From Fistulifera solaris (taxonomy: Eukaryota), in assembly GCA_030295235.1 (NCBI GenBank), contig AP026143.1, positions 682,001-746,000 on the forward strand: a stretch of DNA of 64,000 bases, in the 5' to 3' direction. Position 1 is the first letter of the stretch, and each line of letters starts with the position of its first letter. Below are positions 45,472 to 57,344 of this stretch, piece after piece. Position numbers and translations under genes: made by a program. The notes under the pieces were generated by a model. It saw only the letters and a program-made list of their open reading frames with translations, did not search any database and was not told the DNA's origin.

Positions 45472-48363
45472 ATGGACGACGAATTCGGGGACGCTTCCTT
45501 TTAGACGACTTTGATGTCGAACAAGTGATTCACACTAGTCATCAGAAGCCTTCAAAACACGAGGAAACTTCCCCTGGCAACAAACGGGAGCCTATCAATG
45601 TCAGTCCTTTCGAATCAAAAGACTCTGTCAGCGAAAATACTCCTCAGAACAACAACAAACGTCTTAAAGTTGAATCGTCATCCTTCGATGACGCTCCTTC
45701 GAATTCAACAACAAATCAAAATCTTCCTTTTTCCTCTACTTCATCCGGTCTACAAGCGACACTTCATAAATACTTTGGTTATTCGGAGTTCCGTCCCGGT
45801 CAAGAACAAGTCATTGAGGCCATTGTATCGCAAAAACAAGATGTCGCCATCTTTTGGGCGACCGGTGCGGGAAAATCACTTTGTTATCAAATCCCTCCGC
45901 TGCATTTGCAACAAGTCGCGATTGTGGTCAGTCCGCTCATTTCGTTGATGCAAGATCAAGTCGCACAACTCAATGCGCGATCCGAACAACCCTTGGCGGT
46001 CTTTTTTGGGGTCGGCACAAACGGATGCTTCACTCGAACGCAGGGCATTGCAAGGACACTTTCGTTTGATTTATGTGACGCCGGAAAAAATGAGTTCTTC
46101 GTTTCCGTCGCAGTTGGTTTCATCCGGATTGGCGCATCGCATTTGTTTGATTGCCGTAGATGAAGCGCATTGTGTTTCGGAATGGGGGCACGATTTTCGT
46201 CCGGATTATCGAATGTTGGGTGATACGCTGCGCACACGGAATCCTGCCTTGCGATCCATTCCGATTCTCTCGTTGACGGCCACAGCGACGAGTCGTGTGA
46301 AGACCGACATTGTCTCGTCCTTGCAACTTCGTGCTCCGCTGATCACGCAACGATCGGTCGATCGGTCGAATTTGCGCATTTCCATACAAAGTAAAACCAA
46401 AGATGTCGCGGGGATCTTCCGAGACTGGTGTCAGAAATGGAACAAGGCTACCGATACAGTGCCCAGCACGATCATTTACGTCGCAACACGCAATCAAGTG
46501 GATCAAATTGCTGCGTTGTTGCAACAAAACTTGAGTGCGTCGGTTCGAGTCGCCGCGTATCATGCCGGACTGTCGGCGCAGCAACGGCAGACCGCGCACA
46601 TGCAGTTCTTGACGGGTCAAGTGCCGATCATTGTGGCCACGGTGGCCTTTGGTATGGGCATTGACAAACCGGACATTCGAGAAATCATTCATTATGGTCC
46701 ACCCAAGACGGTCGAAGAGTATGCACAGCAGATTGGTCGTGCCGGTCGTGATGGTTTGTCCGCGCAGTGTACCTTGATTTATTCTCCGGCCGATTTCGAC
46801 AAGTATTTGGGAGACTTTTATTTGGGACAATTGACGGAAACGGCCAAGCAAGTCACACGAGAAAACATTCAAGCTTTTAAAGCCATGTGTCAGGATCATC
46901 GATCGTGTCGAAGAAAGGTGTTGGTGGAATATTTTCAACAGACACCCGAATTTGGAGATTGGTGTGGCACGTGCGACGTTTGTTTATCTCGTGACCAGTA
47001 TGAAGGTGATCAAGAACGTGATTTCGGTGTCCCGGCGCGAATTCTTCTGACAGCGGTCCAAGCACTGAAGCGACAAGGTCTTGGCAACACTATGGCGGTG
47101 GCGAATGGGCAAGCGGTAGAAAAGTATCGATACGCGATTCAATTTCCGGGAACGCCTGCGGCTGTGCAGAATCAAATTAAGGAACTGAAAGGAGATGAGT
47201 CCAAATATACGGTCAAATACTTGAAGGAATTGTTGCCGGGTTTGGTTCAATCTGGATACATTGCGGAATCAACCGAATCCAAACAATTATCAGGCTTTGC
47301 GAAAAGGTGGACCGTTTACGATATCACACCGCGTGGTCGCCAGGTGTTGCAAAATCGCAATACACCCATCTTACTTCCAGTCCCTCAATCGGTTCGTGAT
47401 CAAGAGAAACAAGAAGACGAACGACGGCAGAGAGTACTGAAGGAACTGTCCAACAGAGGCTTGAAGAAAGAAACGCTTCCCGAAAGCGAAGTCAATGCTG
47501 GAGACGGAACTGTGATTCGGGCCTATTCCAAATGGTACAGTTTCATTGAAGGCGCTCGACGGCATTCTGAACAACGCGCGACGGATCTGGAAGATTTATT
47601 GAAGTTGATCGACAACTGGCGGGCGGAAACAGCCATCAAGCTTCGGATCGCGCCGGCCTCTGTCCTAGCGGAACATTTGATGGTTTCGCTCGCCTATTCT
47701 GTTGCATCGTTACCACAGCATGTGACTTTGAATCGGGACATGGTCTTGGCGGCTGGTGTACGTACCATTACAGTAGACGACTTGGTGGCATCGTGTTTAC
47801 GTTGGCGAGAAAAGAGCCAGTTAGCGCAACCGTCTGAAGGTACTGTCGGTAACACAAAGTCTATGGTTCTAAGGACCATTCAATGTAAAAAATGGGAATT
47901 CGCAGTGTACAAACCTCAGAAGAAGACAGGCAAAGCAACCTGGGAAAACTATTTTGATCGATTCTATGCCGGGGAAAATCCTCTCGCGATTGCAATGGCC
48001 CCAGGAGATGGGAAAAAGCCTATTCAAGTACAAACAGTCGTTGCTCATATTTTAGAGGGTTGCTCGTTTGGTCGAGAAGTTGATCTGGAACGCCTTGCTG
48101 AATTCATGCCGCCACCGAACGAAAAGCAATGGGAAGAACTCCGCGCAGCTGAGCTTGCTACTGGTATGGATGTGTGCGCAGACCCCGAAACGAGCGGCCG
48201 AAACGGGGACAAGTTCACCATGACAGAATTTTTGAAGCCTATCGTAGGTGAGAAAACTGAAAACATGGATAGGGCAGTGTTCGGTCAGTGGTGTAACTAC
48301 CTGAAATGGTACTTGACACTCCGTCGAGCGGGCTATGAGCCAAAATTTGTGGACAGCATTTAG
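45472..48363 (+). CDS. RecQ-family (WRN-like) DNA helicase with HRDC and C-terminal HTH; frameshifts near 45500 and 46005
   Basis: FGYSEFRPGQ, ATGAGKSLCYQIP, VVSPLISLMQDQV, AVDEAHCVSEWGHDFRPDY, VATVAFGMGIDKPDIR, QQIGRAGRDG, CRR..CGTCDVC. Confidence 0.92.
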
Positions 48364-48944
48364 GCGCATGGTTAAATCACGCAGTCTATCAATCTATAAG
48401 AAAAAGAGTCGTCGAACGACAGAACCAAGCACGAACTTGGCGTGATTTGACTACTCGAAGTTTTGTAATTTATTGCTTGTGCACTTCGTTGCTTCCAAGT
48501 TTGTGAAAGTACTAGTAGGCCACTTCTCGCGTTTCAGGAACGCTCGTACCGAATCCTTTCGGGTGCCTTTGATTACGGAAAAATTAATACGGGGTACAAC
48601 TTATGAAAGAAACTACTCCGTAGTAAGCAATGCAATTTGGCCTCAATGGGATCTCTTTCGTTGCTAAAAATTATTGTCTTGCATAAGCTCGCATGACTGC
48701 TAAAATTTTCAGTCAGACGTATTTACCCGATTACCCGTAACCTTAATGCATGATGACGGCTGACTCATTCATCGCGTCACTTTTTAGAACAATAAACGAC
48801 AACGACCATGGTGAAAACAATCTGAATGAGAAGTTCTTGACAATGATTCGATTCATATTTATTGCAAATCTCTCTCGCAATTGCTGAGAAGGTCTGCTTT
48901 GACCCTGAATCCTGTTTCACATCGATACTGCTTTTGCAACAATT

Positions 48945-49708
48945 ATGACATTCTCTAAATTCGTCTCTTGGGCCATTTTGTTACTATCGATTCCATCTGT
49001 GTGGAGCTGGAATAATGAATACTCTTCTTCCATTTCCTCACATCAAAGAAGGCGGTTTTTTACACTCATTGGTACATCGGTTCCCTTTCTGACACAGCCT
49101 CCAGCGGACGCCGTCGATGAACTCTTTCGCAAAAACCCATTGACCAATCCTCTCTTGGAACAAATTCGCATTTGGGAACAAAATGAGGCAGATAATATCA
49201 AATACGGCGGAGAACTGGAGCGCGGAGAAGCGGGTAAATTGAATCCTGTCTTTTCCAAGATGTTGGTACCGATCTTGGAGATTTCCGACGATTTGGAACG
49301 CATCAATCGCCTCCTTGCATCGGATACTTCACGCGAGGCGCTGGAAGGCGTACAAAGTATCATTCGTCAAAAACGATACGAAAAGATTGAATTCAAAAGA
49401 TTTTCAACGCGTACGGCGACAACATCTATTACTCCGATCCCGATCGTGCCAACATGTATTTGGGAGGAGGTGCCACACCCAAGAACGAGCAAACGCTGGC
49501 CTATCTGCAACGCAACGAAATTTTGACGAATGTGGAAGATCTGCAAGCGGAAGTTGCATTTCTATTGAAGAACAGAGAAGAATCACCGGAAGATGCTATT
49601 AATTTGGCTAAGAACGCGTGCCAAGCGATGCGTCGATATCTTGAGGTTGTACCTCCGTCGGAACTGCAAGAAGCGAGAGAGTTACTAAAGCGTCAGGCAT
49701 CTGGATGA
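48945..49708 (+). CDS. Putative plastid thylakoid-lumen protein (signal peptide plus twin-Arg peptide); frameshift near 49400
   Basis: Signal peptide, QRRRFFTLIG...PADA cleavage-like site; next frame FNAYGDNIYYSDPDRANMYLGGGATP. Confidence 0.65.
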
Positions 49709-49813
49709 GCCAATAACGTTGACATTAAATTCGCTAATCCGCTTAACAAGTCTCTCAGAATCGTATTATGTAGCGTTATTCATTCGCGTTTACTTTCTGT
49801 CACTATATTTAGT

Positions 49814-50415
49814 TTAAGAAACAATTCGAATGATAGTACTTCGGATAATATCCAATATTTCGTCAATAGCAGCTTCAGGGAATCGTGATAAACTCGGAAT
49901 GAGAGCTACCGCTTCTTCTACCATGGTATCGGTAGCTACTAAATTCATCAACGCGGCGACTTCGGCGGGGTGCAGTTCCTGTTCTTCGCCGTCCTCTGTT
50001 TCTTTTCGAAAGGCGGAAAGTGCACTGCGTGATGCATCCATGCGATTGGTGAGAAATGAATATTGATAGAAAAACAAAATAGTGCGTATGTGCTTGTCGT
50101 CAAGCAAGAAAGCAAGACACATTTTCTCGCAATCAATTCACAGTCAACGCGAACTTACTCTTGTAGGTTGTCCAGCTCATCAACAACTTCTTGATGTTCC
50201 TTTTCCGGATTCGTCATGGAAGTGAAACGATTGACGTATCGTTGAACTTTGCGATAAACATCATTCAATTCTTCATCTCTAGAAACGGCATAACCGGCGG
50301 ATGCTTGAAGGATGACAGCGACTTGTGCATTACTGAGGATGTGAATGTCTTGAAATTCTTTGCCGAGCTGCAACTCGGCTACGTTTTCAATCGGTGCGGT
50401 CGCGTCTTCCACCAT
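49814..50415 (-). CDS. RPB4: RNA polymerase II subunit RPB4; intron 50025-50158
   Basis: ENVAELQLGKEF, LSNAQVAVIL, YVNRF; exon 2 LHPAEVAALMNL..VEEAVALIPSL. The GTAAGT...GCAG intron restores the frame. Confidence 0.85.
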
Positions 50416-50890
50416 TCTCCTTTTCTAATTGATTTAACTTATAATGGCAATTATTTCCTCCACAGCTCATAAAATGACGAGAGGAAAAGATGCGCGTTTG
50501 TGGCTGCCATGGTGATTATTGTTGCTTTTGAATGCATAGTCGCACTACCAGTAAAGTACACACCAGTAAGGTTAGGGTCACACCTACTATAGGCCAAAAT
50601 GTAGACGACCTTCGTCACGACTGCATTTCAGTCATGAATACCATTCTTCCTAGCCTTAGCCAAAGGAGGCTAAGAGGAAAATAATAGACAGTAATGATTT
50701 TTTACTGTGATCCATTTTCGGCATCATTTGTAATGTAAGCATTGACTATTTGCGTCGTAATCACATTCTTTCGCGTACCTAGCCCAGGCCCTATTCTAAT
50801 GACGTAATCCAACAACGTAAGCAAGGTGCCAACAGAGAAGCTTCCATGAGAAACTACATGCTAATAATATTATGAATATAAATTTACTGA

Positions 50891-52099
50891 CTACGCAGTG
50901 GAAGGCTCACGAATGTAAGCATCAATGTCAACAGGAGCCCAAACGTTCGTCCCTGCACCATCCTGAAGCTCAATTCGGTACGCATTGCCTTCGTCCCAGT
51001 GCTCCAAAACTTTTCCTTTTACAAATTCGCCCACATTGGCTTCAATCGTAGCACCCACCTCAAATCGCAAAGGACGATCGACTTTGCAAGCTAGAAAAAG
51101 CCTTCGCGATACATGTCGTGATCGAGATTCTTGCCGATGAACACAAAGCGCGATTCGCGCTTCTCATTCTTGCCCCAACAATACTCACTAAAGCCTCCGG
51201 TGAACATCATACCGACGCCTTGAAAGACGTACTTTTGATCCATCCCCTTGGCGGAAATTACGCCTTTGTAACGGTACAAGTTAGCACCGTCTGTGCGAAT
51301 TAATCGATCGACCCAGTTTTCGAGCATAACAAAGTTCACGTCTCCTTCTACTTTGACTCCGACAGACGAAACCGTCTTGTCGTGCTCATGCTCTCCGTCT
51401 TCACTCAAGAACTCGGAATCAAATTCAAGAACACGCTTTATTTCGGATGCTTGTCGATTGAGGACGTCCTTGGGAGAAATGACCGAGTTCTGCGTGCGTT
51501 GTATAGGGGCCGTGGGATTGATCTTCCGAAGCTCTACTTCAATCTTTTCCAGCTCGGCATCTGTTGACAAGTCGATCTTGTTCAACAAGATCTTGTCAGC
51601 AAACGCCACTTGCTCCACGGCTTCATTCTCGGCTCCTTCCGGCTTGTCCTCCGCGAGTCGTTCCAAGATGAACTTGCTGTCTATTACCGTGATGACCGAA
51701 TCGAGGCGATACTGTTGGCTATATTTTTTTCTAAAAAGAAAGTCGTCTCGATGATGACACCATTGAACTGGGTGACTCGCTCGTACAGAGATTGGAGGGC
51801 CTTGACGAGATCCCCGCGTACGGTACAATAAATGCACCCATTTATCACTTCAATGATTTCTTCGTCAGCGTTCTCACTGAGAGTCGTTTCATCGATACCG
51901 ACTTCACCAACTTCATTCTCAATGACAGCGAATTTCATTCCGTGTGCTGTGTCATTCAGTATATTATTGAGTAGAGTCGATTTGCCAGATCCGAGAAAGC
52001 CCGTAATGACAGTGACGGGAATGATCGGCGAGCCATTTTCGACGCTGCGTCGTTGTGATGTTCGTTTGTCTTTTGCTTCTTGTTGGAGCTGTAGCGCAT
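50891..52099 (-). pseudogene. Degenerate CobW/COG0523 paralog
   Basis: Highly similar to 53287-54533 but lacks GLADPAPVCQ (~30 bp deletion near 51740), has GCIYC instead of GCICC, and has frameshifts near 52050, 51730 and 51095. Confidence 0.7.
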
Positions 52100-52664
52100 G
52101 ACGAGCTGTGCGTCGAGTTTCTCTTAGACTTTAGTCGAACAGATAACGACAAGCAGCTACGTCTCAAAGCTCGCTTCGAATTGAAAACATCCGTATACTG
52201 TCAATATGGCAAGGATACAAATACTAGGTCCCTCTTTGTTAGTCTAGTTTCAATAAGAAATGAGATGACGATTTTAGAAGGGATGCATTTATTGCGGAGC
52301 TTCATTTTTTTTGCGCTTGCGCTGTCGCAAAGTTGTGTCTGAATTGTTAAGGTTGAGGCTCACTATATTTGACTTACTATAAGCCCAACTGTATACTACT
52401 TTTTCATGACTGCATTTCAGTCATGAATCGAAAATTTCCCTCACAGCATTCCGCTTTTAAAACCCAAAAGACGAACTTCTACGTGGAGTTCATGCTGCAA
52501 ATAAATATAACTCATAAAAGGAGAATGATCTTCTTACAAGTGTAAGATGCTGATTTGCTTATTCAAAAATACGTCCCACTAAAAATAGGACGCACGGGAT
52601 ATTTGCGATTTTTGGCGAAGGCCAAACGTCCCAAAAATGGGACGTACGAAAAACAAGGGATAAA

Positions 52665-52822
52665 GTGTCAACGTGTTGTCCGGAATTCGGTGTGACTGTA
52701 GATTGCAGTCACGAGCAGTGAACACCAATAATATTCCAGAATTTCTGGAACGGTGACCACAGATTTTCTGTCTGACGCACCACTGGTCCAGAATTTCTGG
52801 ACCAACCACACAGTGACTGTAC
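52665..52822 (-). repeat. Solo family B fragment including the sequence that flanks the 20-22 kb array
   Basis: 52733-52822 is the reverse complement of a family B half-unit. 52665-52682 reverse complement CGGACAACACGTTGACAC matches 22025-22042 CGGACAACACTTTGACAC. Confidence 0.8.
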
Positions 52823-53286
52823 TACTGTACGTATGATCGCAGTACGCGTATTTTTTTCTTGGCAGGCAACATTGCACCTGTTGTTTGTATTGTTCATTCA
52901 TGTTTAGTGTTCCAACATACCGCTTTTTGCTTTGTGGACTCTACGGAGGCATATGGAATTTGTTGGAATTGTTTCGAGCCCCAAATCAACTGAGATTAAG
53001 TTCGTTAAGGTGCTGTTGCTACCTGCAAATATTGTGCTCCGTTATTGTGCATGAACGCCATCATCGCTTTCCCCGGCGTGATTCTTTCGTGACAATGAAC
53101 AACAATCGACATCGAAATGACATCAATACGTAAAAATTTCATTAGTTTTGCAGCGCTTCGAACGTGATGTCGATCAATTTTTTTGTGAAAAACACAACAC
53201 TCACAAGCGACGCAATAAAAAAGGCAATCATACTCTTCTGATAAACTCTACTTCCTAATAATGAATGTGAACTACAACAAAGTCGC

Positions 53287-54533
53287 TTACGCAGTCAAAG
53301 GCTTGCGAATGTAAGCATCAATGTCGACAGGAGCCCAAACATTCGTCTTCTTGCCGTCTTGGAGCTCAATGCGGTACGCATTTCCTTCATCCCAGTGTCC
53401 CAGCACCTTGCCTTTCACGAACTTGCCCACGTTTGCTTCGACTGTAGCACCTACAGCGAAGCGCAGGGGGTGATCGACTTTGCAAGCTAGAAAGCCTTCG
53501 CGATACATGTCGTGATCGAGATTCTTGCCGATGAACACAAAGCGCGATTCGCGCTTTTCATTCTGCCCCAACAATACTCACTAAAGCCTCCGGTGAACAT
53601 CATGCCGACACCTTGAAAGACGAACTTCTGATCCATACCCTTGACAGAAATGACGCCCTTGTAGCGGTACAAGTTAGCACCGTCTCCACCGATCAAACGA
53701 TCGATCCAGCTTTCGAGCATGGTCATGTTGACGTCGCCTTCCACCTTGACTCCGACAGACGAAACAGTCTTGTCGTGTTCATGCTCTCCGTCTTCATTTA
53801 GGAACTCGGGGTCAAAATCGAGAACGCGTTTGAGCTCGAATGCTTGAAGGTTGAGGACGTCCTTGGGGGAGATGACCGAATGTTTCGTTCGCTGAATCGG
53901 AGCGGTAGGATTTATGGTACGGAGCTTGGCTTCAATCTTTTCCAGCTCGGCATCTGTCGACAAGTCGATCTTGTTCAATAAGATCTTGTCGGCGAACGCC
54001 ACTTGCTCGACGGCTTCGTTCTCGGCTCCCTCTGGCTTTTCTTCCGCGAGTCGTTCCAAGATGTACTTGCTGTCGACTACGGTAATCACTGAATCGAGGC
54101 GATATTTCTTACCAATGTCTTCGTCGACAAAGAATGTTTGGCAGACGGGGGCAGGATCTGCCAGTCCAGTCGTCTCGATGATAACACCATTGAATTGAGA
54201 GACACGTTCGTACAAAGACTTGAGGGCCTTGACGAGATCGCCGCGCACCGTGCAGCAGATACAACCATTCATGACTTCGATGATTTCCTCGTCGACATTC
54301 TCGCTCAGAGTCTTCTCATCCACGCCAACTTCACCGAATTCGTTCTCAATCACGGCAAATTTCATCCCGTGTGTTGTGTCATTCAAGATGGAATTCAGAA
54401 GGGTCGTTTTCCCGGAACCCAGGAACCCGGTGATGATTGTAACCGGGATAATGGGTGCTTTGCCGTTCTTCCACATGCCGTTGGTATGATTCACGTCTTT
54501 CTTTTGCTTCTTGTTAGGTTTGTTATCGACCAT
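53287..54533 (-). CDS. CobW/COG0523 (ZNG1-like) G3E GTPase metallochaperone with an extra C-terminal beta domain; frameshift near 53563
   Basis: TIITGFLGSGKTT, ENEFGEVGVD, GCICC, ETTGLADP, EQVAFAD, NKID, HEHD, YRYKG. The paralog has GGCAAGAAT where this copy has GGCAGAAT. Tail LRFAVGATVEANVG..WDEGNAYRIEL..VWAPVD. Confidence 0.92.
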
Positions 54534-55066
54534 GATGATTGTTTTGTGGGGGTTTATCAGGGAAAATTTGGTTGGTGAATGCAATGGTGAATGAGGCTTT
54601 TTATGAATCGAAGAGCCTATTACATAAAGCCTGATTGTTGATCAGGCTCTCCAAAAATAGCTTGAAAAGGCTGAAAGCATGGCCTCGTGCTGTAGTCAAC
54701 GACATTAGTATTGGTACCCAAGTATTATCGGCAATAGACTAGAGTAACCAGTGACGTGGTTTACTTGTACGAGTAGTTACTGGGCGTAGCTCTTTATTTG
54801 CTCCACCTGCCTTGCCGCCTACGGCTCACTTTGCTGATGTTTCCAGACCCGTTGAAAAGAGCCTATTCGTGACGAGAAAAATAGACTAACAATGGTTTGG
54901 CAAAGATCCAAGATCCACGATGAGTTTCCCACTTTTGGTGTCGATGGGGTTACGAGTTAGCTGAATGCTTTGTCCAGCTGTTTGAGTAGGCAACCCCTAA
55001 ATGGGAATAGCTTTCTTTTGTCATTGTCCAGTTTTCCAAGGCATACTGGTAGCGCTTTTCTTCTTT

Positions 55067-56717
55067 TCATCCTTTTGTAGCCGTCACCGCGTACAAAGGA
55101 TCTCCAATGATCTTATCGTTACGGTCACGGGCACTCAAATCAGTGGCTTGTATAGACTGAAATCCGCCCTGAGCAAAGTGCAAGTAACAAGCCACGGTAT
55201 AAGCATGATCCACATCATCGGCACCGGTCCAGATTGCCACGGCCTTTTGTAAAAACAGCCGATTCGAAAAAAGAATGTGGACTGTACCACCCGATTTGAG
55301 TACACGACCGATTTCGCGACACACTTGGAGTGGCTGTGTAAGATAATCGATGGACAACTGACACAAGACTGTATCGAAGGTGGCGTCCGTGTATGGGAGG
55401 GTTGGCTTTTGATTCAAATCCTGTACCGTATAATCTGTCAAAGAGGGGTTGGCTTTTAATTCTTGAGCATTCATCCCGAGGCCCACGACACGAACCGCCT
55501 TCGCAATTGTAGGATCCAAATGACTCGTCCAACTACTGCATAAATCCAATACATTTCCCTGGGCAACCGACGAAACATAGTTTGTCAACTTTTGCACGGC
55601 GGCTTCGTCAATATGTTCCACAAAGCGGGGATCTTGATAAAACTGCTCATCCGGATTCGAATCCAATCGCTGAAAGTCACTACTGGAAGAGAACGGATTA
55701 TCGACATTGATCCAGTCTTGTGGGATCGCTGCGGCAATTTCTCCTTTTTCTGGAAGCGAAATTCCCGTTTTCTTGTCCATGTAGGTGGCTTCACTGCTTT
55801 GTGGTAGTGAAAGTGACAGGGAGGCGAACAACGCACCGTTCAGAAACTGCTGTCGCGAGAGACCCAACCGTGCTTGTACCGGCTTTGTTGTTGTCCGATG
55901 CCACGCACAAGGACCCAGCTGATTCAAAATATTGAGATGATGCGAGGTTGGATATCCTCCGTGTTGTGCAAAGGCGTATTCGGGAAATATATCCGCGGCC
56001 TGTTGCACGAGTTGATCGCGGACGACACGTGCCAAGATGGAAGCCAAGGCGACGGTGTAGACACATTGATCCCCCCTGCGTCCACGGGCGTGACGGAATG
56101 ACCAACTGCGCTGGCGATCGCTTGCCATCGACAATACTGTAAAGAGACTTTTCTTTTAAAGCTTCATGAGTAGCCAGTGTTTGAATCGACTCCGTAAAGG
56201 CACTCATACATGCCGTATGCACACCCATTTCATCAATTTGTTGATTGTCACGAATGGCGTACGTCCAAGCGTACGTTTGTGGATTGTCGCAAACCTGTTG
56301 ATACACTTGTTGTCGTACTTCACTATTGACTACTTTACTATCCGCCACACCCGGCAGTGTCACGGGCTGCAACAAACATACACTCGCCGTAACAATCGGT
56401 CCGGCAATACATCCGCCTCCGGAATCGTCGCTGCCGATAATATACGAATAGGTCTTCCACAAATCCTGTTCGATTTGCAGCAACTCCTTGGGTCGTTGCG
56501 ATAATGGGCGCAGTTTCTGTCGATTCTGTCGTGATGAGGGATTCGCGAGTGCCGTTACTTCTTGTATAGTAGTGCTAGTTGTAGCATACAGAAGAAAGAG
56601 AGTCAACAGTTGTCTGTAGGATGTATGAGCGACGTCGCGGAGGCGAAGTGATGTGCTTCTGCGCTGGACGAGCGAGTCTGCTGTGGCTGCTGTTTTTCGA
56701 TCATGAGAGGCACGCAT
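55067..56717 (-). CDS. RNase HII domain fused to a type-11 SAM methyltransferase; frameshift in C6 run at 56071-56076
   Basis: IIGSDDSGGGCIAGP, VADSK, IVDG, QGD, ASILARVVRD, HGGYPT..H, GPCAWHR; then in the same frame RLDSNPDEQFYQDPRFVEHID, VLDLCSSWTSH, GLGMNAQEL, LSIDYLTQP, FSNRLF. Confidence 0.8.
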
Positions 56718-57344
56718 CAAAGGCGAACAGTGCCTTTTTAAAAAAAGAAAAAGAGGGTAATGTATTTCGGTGCAAGTATAAAGTTCGCTTTATTAGAATG
56801 ATCGAACGCAACAAAAGAAAGTTTTTGTCAATAAAAAAAAGAAAAAATGCAAACGTGGCGCCGTGGTCGGCATTTTTCCGGGACTGCAAAATTGGTCGAG
56901 TCGGGAGGTCAAGACTACTTTATACACGGTAGTAAACATTAAAAAAGAGACTTTAACGGATGTCATTGATAAAGATCGCTCCTGTTCAAGCATCAACATC
57001 TATAAAATTGATAACAAGAAAGATACTGTAGTCTCAGTCGACCGATCTAGACCTGCTCATTGGTTGTTGTGACTCATTTGAAATTAAAAATGCGGTCTAT
57101 TCTATTCGGGACTGAAAGCAGTCTTATAAAGTGGAAAATACTATTCACACTTATAGTGGGATCCCGCTGTGATATTTTAGCCAATCGTCGCTGCATGTTG
57201 TAGCAGACAGAAATCTTGCCTGTTGTATTCAGGTAAGAAAAAACTGACTTGAGGATAAGAAGCAACGCAATAACAATACCTGGTAAGCCAAACCTCGTCC
57301 TTCATTACCAGCAAGATGCTCTTTGACATTCGCCGCCACTGTAA

